64,000 nt of DNA from Cyanophora paradoxa CCMP329. Its lineage: Eukaryota; Plantae; Glaucophyta. Shown piece by piece: positions 12,522 through 22,344 of this stretch. How positions within the stretch are numbered: the stretch's first letter is position 1; every line of letters begins with the position of its first letter. Below the pieces are notes generated by a model that made no database searches, was not told the origin of the DNA, and saw only the letters and a list, made by a program, of their open reading frames with translations. Where the stretch lies: NCBI GenBank assembly GCA_004431415.1, contig QPMI01000415.1, positions 62,001 to 126,000 on the forward strand. The letters are read 5' to 3'. Position numbers and translations under genes: made by a program.

Positions 12522-13417
12522 CGAGTGCGCGGGTGTCGAGGACTCGCTGAGCGCTAAGTAGGGACGGGCCGAGGCCGATCAGGGCCTTTGCTTGGCTCTC
12601 TTGCGGGCTGCGGGGATAGCTGGAGCCGCCTGCGGGTGCGCTGCGGCGACGGGAAGCCTGCCTGAGGGCTCTTGGAGCTAGCTTTGAAGAGCGATGCCTT
12701 GAGGCTTCGCGAATGAGGTCCTTGCCTCTCGCCGCGCGCTTTTGAAGCCGCCATTTCGCACTTCGCCGCCATTTCGCACTTCGCCGAAGTTCGCCCGCGT
12801 CCGAAGCTTCACCGAAAAGCTGCGAACGAAGGCTCTGCAAAATGTAAACACGTGTTCGGCCGGCCGCGTTCGGCCTTAGCGCTAGCGCTGCAAAACTTCA
12901 AGCCGCAAAATCGCCCCCGGCGGCCCGCGGCGGCTCGGGCGGCCGTCGGGCCGCGAGCCCAGGCCAGCTGACGTCGACGGCCCGGACTGCCGCGGGCCGG
13001 CCGCCGGGGATACGAGACTGAGCCTCGAGCTCGGAGCCTGCAGCCTGGCAGCTGGCCCGGCGGCTGAGTCCCAAGGTCGACCGTCGGACGTCTAGATCTA
13101 GATCCGATGATCTGGGCCGGGGCTCGGGTGCACTGCGAATGCGGCATCATAACTTGTGATGCCTCAGCTGCAGCCTGCAGGGCCCACCGCCTAGTCCCCG
13201 AGTCGAATCAACAAATTATGAATTAAAGCCCGGGGCGGCCCGCGCAAACCTAGGCCCTGCCTCTAGATCTCAATCGCAAGCGCCGCGGCGGCGGCGGCGC
13301 TGCCCTGCCAGGCTGCCGCCCCTGCGGCCCCGCGAGCGCTATCGGTACCATCGGATGATTGACATTGGCATTGATATTCGAATCCAGAATTCAATACGTG
13401 TACGTATTGTACGAAGC

Positions 13418-16400
13418 TGCAATTGCGACGAAAGGCTCAACGATCGCGGAATGGAAATGCATCGATATCATAGTATCTAAATTTAAAGAAACTATTGATC
13501 GCTACATCATCAAGAAGAATAAGTTAATTACATATCTGCAGCTGCAGTGCGCCCGGATCAAATGTGGATCTCAGAGGAGGCGCCGCGGCTCGCGACCGCG
13601 GGGACGCCCGGCAGGGGCGCCGCCCCCACGACGACGACCTGCCCCAGGGACCCGCGCGCCGCCGCCGCCGCCGCCGCCTCCGGCGCTAGGACCGACGCCG
13701 CGGGCACCGGGAGCGAGGCGCCCTGCACGGGCCAGCCCCACGCGACGTGCGCCGGCGCCGGCGCCGGCTGCGCCGCGATGCCGGCCTCGAGTGAGGGCGA
13801 GGGCGCCGCGGCCGCCCCGACGGCCGCCGAGTGCCGGCGGCGCTGCACGGCGACGGCCGTGCCGGCCACCGCCGCCACGAGCGCCGTGCCGCCGACCGCC
13901 GCCCCGATGGCGATGATCGCGTTCTGCGAGAGGCCGGACTGGAGGACGAAGACGAGGAGGAGGAAGCGCCGGCCTGCCCGTTGCCCGAGCCAGTCGCCGA
14001 GTTGGCCTGCGTGGATCCCGCGCTGCCGCTGCCGGCGGCCGCCGCGTCGGTCGCTGCGGCGGCGGTGCCCGTGCTGGCGGCGACGGGGCTCGAGGCGGAG
14101 AGGGCGGTGGTGGAGGAGCCGTCGGCCGTCACGACCGGAATGTTGGCGCCCGGCGCCGAGAGGCCCGTCACGGCCCCGCCGAAGGTCGCCCCGTCCGCCG
14201 CGTCCGCCGGGAGGCTCGCCCCGGCGAGGACCGCCGCAGCGCCCTCCGCGAAGCTCCGCCCGCTCGTGCCCGACACGGCGCCCGCGAGGCCGGCCGCGAG
14301 CTGCGCGAGCGTGAGCGGGCGGGGTCGAAAGTGGGGCGAGGAAGGGGCGGACCTGGGCCGGAGACTGGCCGGAGGCGGCCGTGAGGGAAGCGGAGATGGA
14401 CGCCGCGTCGGCGCGCAGGCGGCGGCCGGCGGCCGGTGCCACGCAGGCCGCGTTCGAGATCGACGCGCAGCTCGTGCCGAGGTCGTCGCCGCCCATGACT
14501 GCCCGCGGGGGTCAGGGGCGCGCAGGAAAGAGGGCGAGGGCGGGCGGCGCACAGGAGATGAAGCACTGGAGGAGGCTGCAGCCGTTGGTCACGCAGCCGG
14601 CGGGGGCGGAGGCGGAGGTGGTTTTGGTGGACGCCATGGCCTCGCAGGTGCGGCGGAGGGCGCCGGACGAGGCCGCCGCCGACGCGAGCGAGAGCTGGAT
14701 GTTCAGGGCAGAGACTGCGGGTTCGGTAAGCTCGCTGCCCGGAGAGACACGAGGCGGGGCCACGCACAGTCGCCGGGGGCGGAGCGGATGAAGGGCCCGA
14801 CGGCGGGGAAGGTGTAGTAGTCGTCTGCGCAGGCACCGGTCAGAGACGCGGAAGCACAAAGGCAGCGAGGAGCCGGGGCGCACCGGTAGAGGCGGGAAGA
14901 GGCCGCCGGTCTCGCTGCCGGGAAGGGGAACTGCGGGGTTGCCACGAAGACGCCGAGCGGCAGCGCCGGAGTGCCGTCCGCGGTGGTGAGCGCCACGGCC
15001 GAGGAAAGGCCGGTGAGGAGCGACACGGGCGTCGCCGCGTCCTTCGAGAGGCGCGCGTTCGTGAGGGAGATCTGCGGCGGCTGTCAGCGGCTGCCGAGGG
15101 GCGAGATCTGACGCGCGGAGGCGTACTCGGACGAAGCGGACGGGGCCGGGGATGAGCGGCATCTCGCGCGGCTGGCGGCGCGGCGGGCGCGGCTCGGTCC
15201 CGTTCATCGAAGGGCGCGCGCCGTCCATCGGGGGCCGCGTCTCGTTCATCGGGCCGTGCTCCATGTGCGCGCGGGTCTCGTTCATCGGGTGGCGGGTGGA
15301 GTTGCCGCGGGGGCCGCGCAGGCCGCCGAGGCGCATGTGCGGGGGCCGCGGGATCTTCCACGGCAGCGAGTAGATCATCTGGAAGAGCGGCTTGGGCGCG
15401 CCCGCGGCGACGGCGGAGCCCTGGGCGCGCTGCTGCGGCGGCAGCTGCTGGCCTTGAGGGGACTGCTGGCTGCCCTGCGCGGGGCCGCTGCGGGGACCCT
15501 GAGAAGGCTGCGGGCCGGTCGCGCCCTGCTGCGGCGGCATCTGCTGGCCGGCCGAGGACGCGCCCTGCGGCGGCTGCTGGCGGCCGGGACGACCCTGCTG
15601 TTGCGGCTGCTGCTGACCAGACGCGCCCTGCGGCGGAGGCGGCGGCGGCGTCTGCTGGCCAGATGTGCCCGTCTGCTGCTGCGGCTGCTGCCGCTGCTGG
15701 GGGTTCTCCTGAGACGCCGGGCGCGGCTGGCCCGGCCGCATCCCCGCCTCCTCCTGCCGCATCGTCCTGACAGCGGGAGGCGTCAGATGCGCGTTCCGAG
15801 GAGCCCGGCGCCGGCGCGGTGGCTCACATGGGGCACGCGCAGATGTCGCCCTCCTCCTCCGGGCCGAACTGCGGCTCCCTGCGGACCGGCCGCCCGTCAG
15901 CAAGGGCTCACACGCGCGGTGTGGCGCGCGGGGCGCACCGCTCGCGGGGAGGCTGGCCCTCGGGGCGCGACCCGTTGCGGGGAGGCGGCATCGAGAGAGG
16001 CTCCTGAGCGTTCAGCGGCGGGCCGCGCGGGCCCTCGCCCTCGCCCATGCGCGCCGGGCGCTGCTCCGAGGCGGTGGCGTTGAAGGGCGGGCGCATGCCG
16101 CCGTCGCGCGGGCCGCCCATGCCGCAGTCGCAGGTGCCGTTGCGCACGCGCCTGCGCGGAGCGTGAGCGGCGAAGCGTGAGCGGCGAAACATGCGCGGGG
16201 CCGGGGCGGCGCTCACCCGATGGACACGGCGGGCGCGGGATGCACTCGGGGGCCGGGCCGCGGGGTCGCAGGCCGGGTCCACGACGAAGGACGACGTGTC
16301 GTTGCGCACGCTGCCGTCGGCCGCCACAGTCGCGTTCACGTACGCGAGGCGCACGCCGGAGAAGTCGCCGGCCGTCTGTCGCAGCGTCAGTCGGCGAGCA

Positions 16401-17614
16401 GAGCGTCAAAGATGGCACGGGCGGCGTGCCTGGTACACGGTGAGGAGGCCGTCAGCGGCGTCGGGGGCGTCGAGGGAGAGGACGGCCACGCCGAAGGTGC
16501 CCGGCGGGATGCGGATCGGGGAGCCGGACTTGCGCGGGCGGAAGGGGAACGCCGGGGCGGGGGAGGCATAGCGGTTCGACAGGTACGCCACGCGGTGCAC
16601 GCGGCCGGCGCCGCCGAGGACCGCCCGGAAGCCGCGCAGCTCGAAGACGATGGTCAGGTTGTCGCCGGAGCCGGCGGCGGCCGCGCCCTCCGCGGAGAGC
16701 GCGGGCTTGAAGAAGCAGGCCGCGTTCCCGTCCTCCGACGAGCCCTGCACGATGCCGGTCCAGAGCGCCGCCGGCGCCTCCCGCTCCAAGTGCTCCTCGG
16801 GGACAGTCGCGTTCTCTGCGGGGGCCGGCGGGGGCGGCAGAGGCGGGAGGGTGACGTTCACTGTGCGGCCGATGAGCTTGTCGCACTCCTGCGCGCAAGG
16901 CGGTGAGCCCGTAGCGAGCGCCCAATTCGATCTGGACCGGCCGCGGGCGAGCGCACCTCGGAGACGACAGCGACGGAGAGGAAGGCGCCGGAGCTTTCGG
17001 AGGACATCGAGGCGAGCACGAGGCCGCGGGACACGGGGCCCTCAAAGAGCACGCCGTGGTGCGTCACTGCGTGTTTGGGTCAGCGCGCACGGGAAGCGAG
17101 AGCGGATCGGCTCGCACCGGCGGACGCGTGAAGGACCGCAGACATGAGGACGAGGGCCGCCAGGAGCGGCGCGCTCGACGCTCGCGCCATCGAGTGCGCG
17201 GGTGTCGAGGACTCGCTGAGCGCTAAGTAGGGACGGGCCGAGGCCGATCAGGGCCTTTTCTTGGCTCTCTTGCGGGCTGCGGGGATAGCTGGAGCCGCCT
17301 GCGGGTGCGCTGCGGCGGCGGGAAGCCTGCTTGAGGACTCTTGGAGCTAGCTTTGAAGAGCGATGCCTTGAGGCTTCGCGAATGAGGTCCTTGCCTCTCG
17401 CCGCGCGCTTTTGAAGCCGCCATTTCGCACTTCGCCGCCATTTCGCACTTCGCCGAAGTTCGCCCGCGTCCGAAGCTTCACCGAAAAGCTGCGAACGAAG
17501 GCTCTGCAAAATGTAAACACGTGTTCGGCCGGCCGCGTTCGGCCTTAGCGCTAGCGCTGCAAAACTTCAAGCCGCAAAATCGCCCCCGGCGGCCCGCGGC
17601 GGCTCGGGCGGCCG
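13418..17614. repeat. Tandem segmental duplication, copy 2
   Basis: Near-identical to 8625-12945. Confidence 0.95.
13558..17190 (-). CDS. Host type I membrane protein, copy 2 (single-base indels relative to copy 1)
   Basis: Same signal peptide, TM helix and C-terminus as copy 1; the Gln/Pro-rich segment is shorter. Confidence 0.65.
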
Positions 17615-18385
17615 CGGGGCCGGCGCCGGGACTCCGGCCCAGCCCCAGCTTGCCATGGCCAAGTTCAACGGTTGCGCATGCAGGCTAAGTTGCAGCGCGT
17701 GCTGGCTGATATCGATATCGATCTGTCGACGTCAGTGTCGCGCGCGCCGAGTCGGGCCCGGGGCTGCAGCTGCATGCAGCTGCCTGCTGCCGAGTCGAGA
17801 TCATGCATATGAGCACTAGTTATGATCATGGGGCGAGTCGGGCTGCCTGGGCACTAGCACTAGGGCCCATGAGCACTAGCACGGGCCCGGTGGGCCGCGG
17901 GCCCAGTGGGCTGGCCCAGCGGGCAGGCCGAGCCTCGGAGCTCGAATTCGAATTTTTTCGAATCGAAGCGGGCTGGCAGCGAGCTCGAGAAAACATGACG
18001 GTTGGCCTCGCGATCGGGCCTGGCCTGGCATCAGTGGCATGAACTCCCGGAGTCCTGATCCGTCGGCGAGAATCATGCCATTATGAGATTCACAGCCTGG
18101 CAGGGGCGCCCGGCCTGCATGCGCAGCTGGCCCAGTGGCCACCGGCCACCGGCCGTCCCGGATTCCCCCCCCCTCCCCCCCTCCCCCCCCTCCCCCCCCG
18201 CCCCCCGGCCCCCCGAGCTCGAGCTCCCTCGGGCTACCAGCACTACGCAGCGGCGGGGCTTCTCTTCTTCGCCCTGGCCTGCCTCCTCGGCTTCGTCTGG
18301 GCGGCCGTCGGCGTCGGGGCCCGGGGTTCGCCTGGACCATCGTCTGCATATGCATGGGGCGCGGCGGCAACGCCCGCCCAGAGCG

Positions 18386-18465
18386 AAAGAGGGGGAAAAG
18401 GCTCGCGATCGTTCATAATCAGCAGCTGATCGATATCGCTGACCTGATCCGTGCGGCCCTCAAGA
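18386..18465 (+). pseudogene. 5' part of an interrupted VLTF3-like (NCLDV late transcription factor 3) fragment
   Basis: Removing the element and one TSD copy gives in-frame QLIDIADLIRAALKKLKLFKLYEHVGIIYSRPPAPPPTL, resembling the VLTF3 motif R..LKKL.L.KYYEH...I....PP. Confidence 0.45.
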
Positions 18466-18749
18466 ACACATAGTAAAATGCGGAGTTTTAACCCTCGGCT
18501 TAATCTTAATTGATTTTGTTGATATATCTCGTATATTCTATTTCAATCAATCGATAATCTGTGTATATCTTATCGAATATTCATTTATTTCGATTATTTT
18601 GTATTCTTTTCGATATTTTATCGTAAATTTCTCTTATTTTCCGATTAGTCTTACTGATTTAATCGATAATCTGTATATATTTCCGAATAATATAACTGAA
18701 TCTCAATTAGATCTTGCCTCTGGTTAAAACTCCGCATTTTACTATGTGT
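18466..18749. repeat. 284-bp terminal fold-back palindrome inside the left TIR
   Basis: Perfect 28-bp inverted repeat at 18466-18493 and 18722-18749; imperfect inner arms. Confidence 0.9.
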
Positions 18750-18990
18750 GATTGGTCTTTTGGTTTATTTATTTAATCGATATTATATTCATGTACTTTC
18801 TCGATTAAATTTAATTAAATTTAATTCATTTAATCGGAAACATATCGCTAAACTCGATTAAGATCCATAAAAGATTCATTTGTTAAATAAAACAAATCGA
18901 TCTCTTATTGAATTCAATCGTAATTATACATGAAACTTATATGTTTTTATCATGTTTTATTGAGTCTAAGGGGGGACCCTTAGAAAATTG

Positions 18991-19110
18991 GGTGTGACAG
19001 GTGTGACAGGTGTGACAGGTCAATCCAAGGAAAGTCCTAGTGAGAAATTGATTTTTAAAATCCACGGGATAGACCTGTCACACCTGTCACACAAACCATA
19101 TTCAGTAAGG
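18991..19110. promoter_or_regulatory. Putative replication origin cassette (GGTGTGACA iterons around a spacer), left TIR copy
   Basis: (GGTGTGACA)x3, 52-bp spacer, two inverted copies, then AAACCATATTCAGTAAGG. The origin function is inferred. Confidence 0.55.
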
Positions 19111-19562
19111 ACCTCATATATTGTGAAAATCTCAGTGTTAGTTGGTGTAGTTGATTCAAAAAATGCATTTTATACTCTGATTCATTGTTATTTCCTGTGA
19201 AATTTGAGTCAACTCAACCCACTTAGTCAACCCTTGCATTGAATTCGTAACAAAATCCATATACTTTTACTACTTTTACGATTAATATGAGTCAACCTTG
19301 AGTCCACTTTAATATAAATATTATATAATAGGGGGAATCTAGGGGAATGTTGAGTTTGACATTGCTGAATGTAGGGTGCATTCATATTTTGGCTACATCA
19401 TACAGTAGAATTCTATCGTAAAGAATGACCGGAATCCGGAAAATAATCATTGTAGAAAGCTATTGTAGTAAAAGGATATATTATGTCCTTTTGTAACAGT
19501 AGCTGATCAATGTTATTGTTAGAAAACAAAGGAATCCTTTAAAAATTCATTATAGAAACCCA

Positions 19563-19961
19563 TCAAAACGGAAATCTATCATGTTTATGTCTTTCAGTCT
19601 TCTCAAATGTGAGGAAATTCATTGTTTTATCGATCTCATCAGCAACTGCTTGTGTTTTATGCTGAGCTTCTTTACCACAACTGAATATATCAATTGCTAA
19701 CATGCCTTCATTAGAATAACAATGAGCTGTACAATGGCTTTCATCTAATAGCAAAACTAATGCAAAACCAGGAGGTGATACTTTGCCATCAAATATCTCA
19801 CAGTGTTTATGAACAATCCTAATACCTTGTCTCAATATAGCTTGTTCAAGGGTTCCCATAATCCAATTACCTAGAAAACTAACATGCTCATGTCCTGTTG
19901 CAATAGCTGATTTAGCTTTGTAATCAAGCATAACATGAAAGCCTCTGTATTTAGTCTCCAT
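19563..19961 (-). CDS. speD: Pyruvoyl-dependent S-adenosylmethionine decarboxylase family proenzyme (class 1B-like)
   Basis: G.HVMLD N-terminus, self-cleavage motif GFALVLLLDESHCTAH, catalytic Cys in AIDIFSCG; 132 aa. Confidence 0.85.
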   Translation of the reverse strand: METKYRGFHVMLDYKAKSAIATGHEHVSFLGNWIMGTLEQAILRQGIRIVHKHCEIFDGKVSPPGFALVLLLDESHCTAHCYSNEGMLAIDIFSCGKEAQHKTQAVADEIDKTMNFLTFEKTERHKHDRFPF

Positions 19962-19990
19962 TAAGAATACCTTAGAAAAATTAATTAAAC

Positions 19991-20263
19991 CTAATCGAAC
20001 CTAATGCAAATATCCCTATACTCTACTCTAATTGATGAAGTAGCCCTTTTCCTATGTGCTTGACTTTTTCTTTTATTACAGTCCCTACACCCTGATCCCT
20101 TCACATGATTAAATGGATATGTAAGGATCACCTTGTTACACTGCAAACATCTAACAGATACTTTCTCTTGAGCTTTGATGTATTGTGTCTCACTGTAATC
20201 GAATTTATCTTTACCATGGACTGTCATAGCAGCATCAATAAACTTTTTTGTTTTACTATCCAT
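19991..20263 (-). CDS. Zinc-ribbon protein (DUF723-like module)
   Basis: FI..A..VHG.DKFDYS...Y.....KVSVRC..C......P.NH..GSGC..C pattern. Confidence 0.7.
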   Translation of the reverse strand: MDSKTKKFIDAAMTVHGKDKFDYSETQYIKAQEKVSVRCLQCNKVILTYPFNHVKGSGCRDCNKRKSQAHRKRATSSIRVEYRDICIRFD

Positions 20264-20285
20264 ACTCTATATATAACCAATATTC

Positions 20286-21119
20286 TTATGGAGCAGTATC
20301 CTGCCCGAAAATGGGGAAATATCGATTTGTCCCATAGTATTCAGCATAGGTATTCTGCTTTGCAATAGAATCGGTTCTCTCTGCAAACATCACACACTTG
20401 TAGATACCAAACTTGGTGGCTCTCACTAAGAACTGATAGTCTTCCAAACCGAAATTGACTCCATGATAAGCAATTCCGAAATTATCATATGGGGTGATCA
20501 CTACTGCAAAGTTGGGAGTTCCACCTTCAACTTGGCATACAGCATAAACATCTGGTGGGATATCCACAACTACCTTGTAGTGGTCACCAATTTCAACAAG
20601 AGAGTCTACTACTGCTGTTTGTTCATTCACAACAATTGGGAATATCTTTATAATGTATGGGGCATTCATGCTGGGGACATAGGTTCGAATTCTTGTGTTG
20701 GGATCAATGGGATTGGGTTGATCATTCACAAATAGAGGCGCTCCAACAGCCCCACCAACCCTAAGACCATCACCAATATAAGCTCCCCCCGATTTGCAGT
20801 TAATAGCTCCCGACCTAGATTCAAAAGAATAAGTAGACAGAGGATCTCCATAGCTATCTGGGTCTCCATAATGAGCAGAAAAGTTTGCATTTGTGACAAG
20901 TAGCTTAGTTGTCTTAACTATTCCATTATTTTTATCACATCTGAGTTCTTGTAATCTCAGCTTGTGGGTGGAACCAAAGGTGTTCATTGTAGGTTGGACC
21001 TCTGTGGATTGAAGACCTTCCACATCATCAAAGGTAGCATGTTGCAGAACATGGTTTGCTGGTGCAGCTAATGAAAGCTGAGGTGTAATTATTCGTTCAA
21101 GTGGGGGTTGCTCAGCCAT
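20286..21119 (-). CDS. Hypothetical viral protein, paralogue A (possibly structural)
   Basis: 277-aa ORF sharing ELR.DKN.G.VKTT.LLVTNANF and SGGA.IG.G.RV.G with the adjacent gene. Confidence 0.8.
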   Translation of the reverse strand: MAEQPPLERIITPQLSLAAPANHVLQHATFDDVEGLQSTEVQPTMNTFGSTHKLRLQELRCDKNNGIVKTTKLLVTNANFSAHYGDPDSYGDPLSTYSFESRSGAINCKSGGAYIGDGLRVGGAVGAPLFVNDQPNPIDPNTRIRTYVPSMNAPYIIKIFPIVVNEQTAVVDSLVEIGDHYKVVVDIPPDVYAVCQVEGGTPNFAVVITPYDNFGIAYHGVNFGLEDYQFLVRATKFGIYKCVMFAERTDSIAKQNTYAEYYGTNRYFPIFGQDTAP

Positions 21120-21142
21120 TTTACATTAAAGGGATATATCTT

Positions 21143-21996
21143 TTATGGGGTTGGGTCATCAATCACATCTGGTTCCATGTAAAATCCTGTTGTGAATATA
21201 TCAGCAACATTTACACCACGAAGTGCTGATACAGCTGCTATATCTGTTCTCAGTCCCATAATCATAGTATTGTATACTCCAACCTCAGTGACAAACAGAT
21301 CATAGGTAAATGTCAAATTGTTATAAACACAATATCCTCTGCCAAAATGGTTCGAAGCTTGAACAAAGAATAAGTAGTTGTGACCTGGTTGATTATTATT
21401 GGCTCTACACATGGAAAGCATTGAAGTGGGAAGAGGAATATTTCTTCTTACTCGATCAGTTCCTGTAATGGAAACTAATTCCGAATTCTCAAGAGTTACA
21501 GAGGATGCAACATAGAAATGCAAAAAAGGTTGCTGTGCAACAGGTGTGTAGAAACGAATTCGTTGTGGGTTCTCAGCATTTTGCTCTAGAGTATCTGGGA
21601 CATCATTGTAGGAAACAGATGAAGATAGCTGACCTGAAACTCTGCAGCCTCCACCAATAAAAGCTCCTCCTGATCTCACAGTAACAGCTGCAGAATTCTT
21701 ATCGAAATCAAGGGCTTTCAGATCAACACTGTAAGCATCAGGACCTCCATTAGTAGGTTGGAAAAAGTTAGCATTTGTGACAAGAAGTCGAGTTGTTTCA
21801 CCACACCTGAGTTCTTATCAGCTCTCAGCTCTTTAACTCGAATAATCGAATTCTTATCAAAGGAGTTACCATTGGAATTGGGTCTCTCTGTGGATTCTAA
21901 ACCACGAACCTCATCATTAACTTCATGCTGGCGAAAGTGCATTGCAGGGGATCCAAGGGAATATATTGGAAGTTGAACTCGATTATATTCACCCAT
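21143..21996 (-). CDS. Hypothetical viral protein, paralogue B (one frameshift near 21797)
   Basis: Adding one A to GTGAAACAACT joins ORFs 21718-22035 and 21143-21679 into GVVKTTRLLVTNANF, matching paralogue A. ATG at 21996. Confidence 0.75.
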
Positions 21997-22035
21997 TGCT
22001 TCTTTTACTAAAAAGGAAAGAAAAATAAACTGCAA

Positions 22036-22341
22036 TCAAGCCAAAGTGATTAAATTCGATCCAAGGGATTGGTAGGCAACTGAAAGTGTTTGAAGGTTAG
22101 ATGTCATTGCTTTGATGTTGTTATCACATTCAGTGTATTTAGCTACAGGGTCACCATATGCAGATTTGGCAAGGACATTAACCAAGAGGTTTTTATACTC
22201 ATTTACAACTGGTGAGAGCTTGTTAGTTTGCTGAATCGTCTTTTCAACTGTTTGTAATGCGTTTACAAGGGTGATTGTATCAAAAGAAAGCGCAACTGGC
22301 TCAGTAGAATAGGTGGTTCCACCAAGAGGATAGGTCGCCAT
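22036..22341 (-). CDS. Small helical hypothetical viral protein
   Basis: 101-aa ATG ORF tightly packed between neighbouring genes. Confidence 0.7.
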   Translation of the reverse strand: MATYPLGGTTYSTEPVALSFDTITLVNALQTVEKTIQQTNKLSPVVNEYKNLLVNVLAKSAYGDPVAKYTECDNNIKAMTSNLQTLSVAYQSLGSNLITLA

Positions 22342-22344
22342 TTA

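Larger units (their letters stand above)
8625..12945. repeat. Tandem segmental duplication, copy 1
   Basis: Near-identical to 13418-17614 throughout, including upstream non-coding DNA. Confidence 0.95.
18466..19346 (+). repeat. Left terminal inverted repeat (881 bp)
   Basis: Reverse complement of 46319-47200; the only difference I noticed is one extra base in a homopolymer. Confidence 0.95.

Noticed and set aside
17620-18100. Dense palindromic hexamers resembling a vector polylinker (also 12960-13400)
   Set aside because: Recurs across host intergenic DNA with no vector features; treated as host low-complexity sequence.
1-18400. Many long Arg/Pro/Gly/Ala-rich ORFs on both strands (e.g. 901 aa at 3261-5966)
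   Set aside because: Shadow ORFs caused by very high GC; spliced genes with recognisable motifs explain the region.
18466-18749. The 284-bp unit as an independently inserted MITE
   Set aside because: No TSD at its inner boundary; it is mirrored at both ends and the TCAAGA TSD flanks the whole element.
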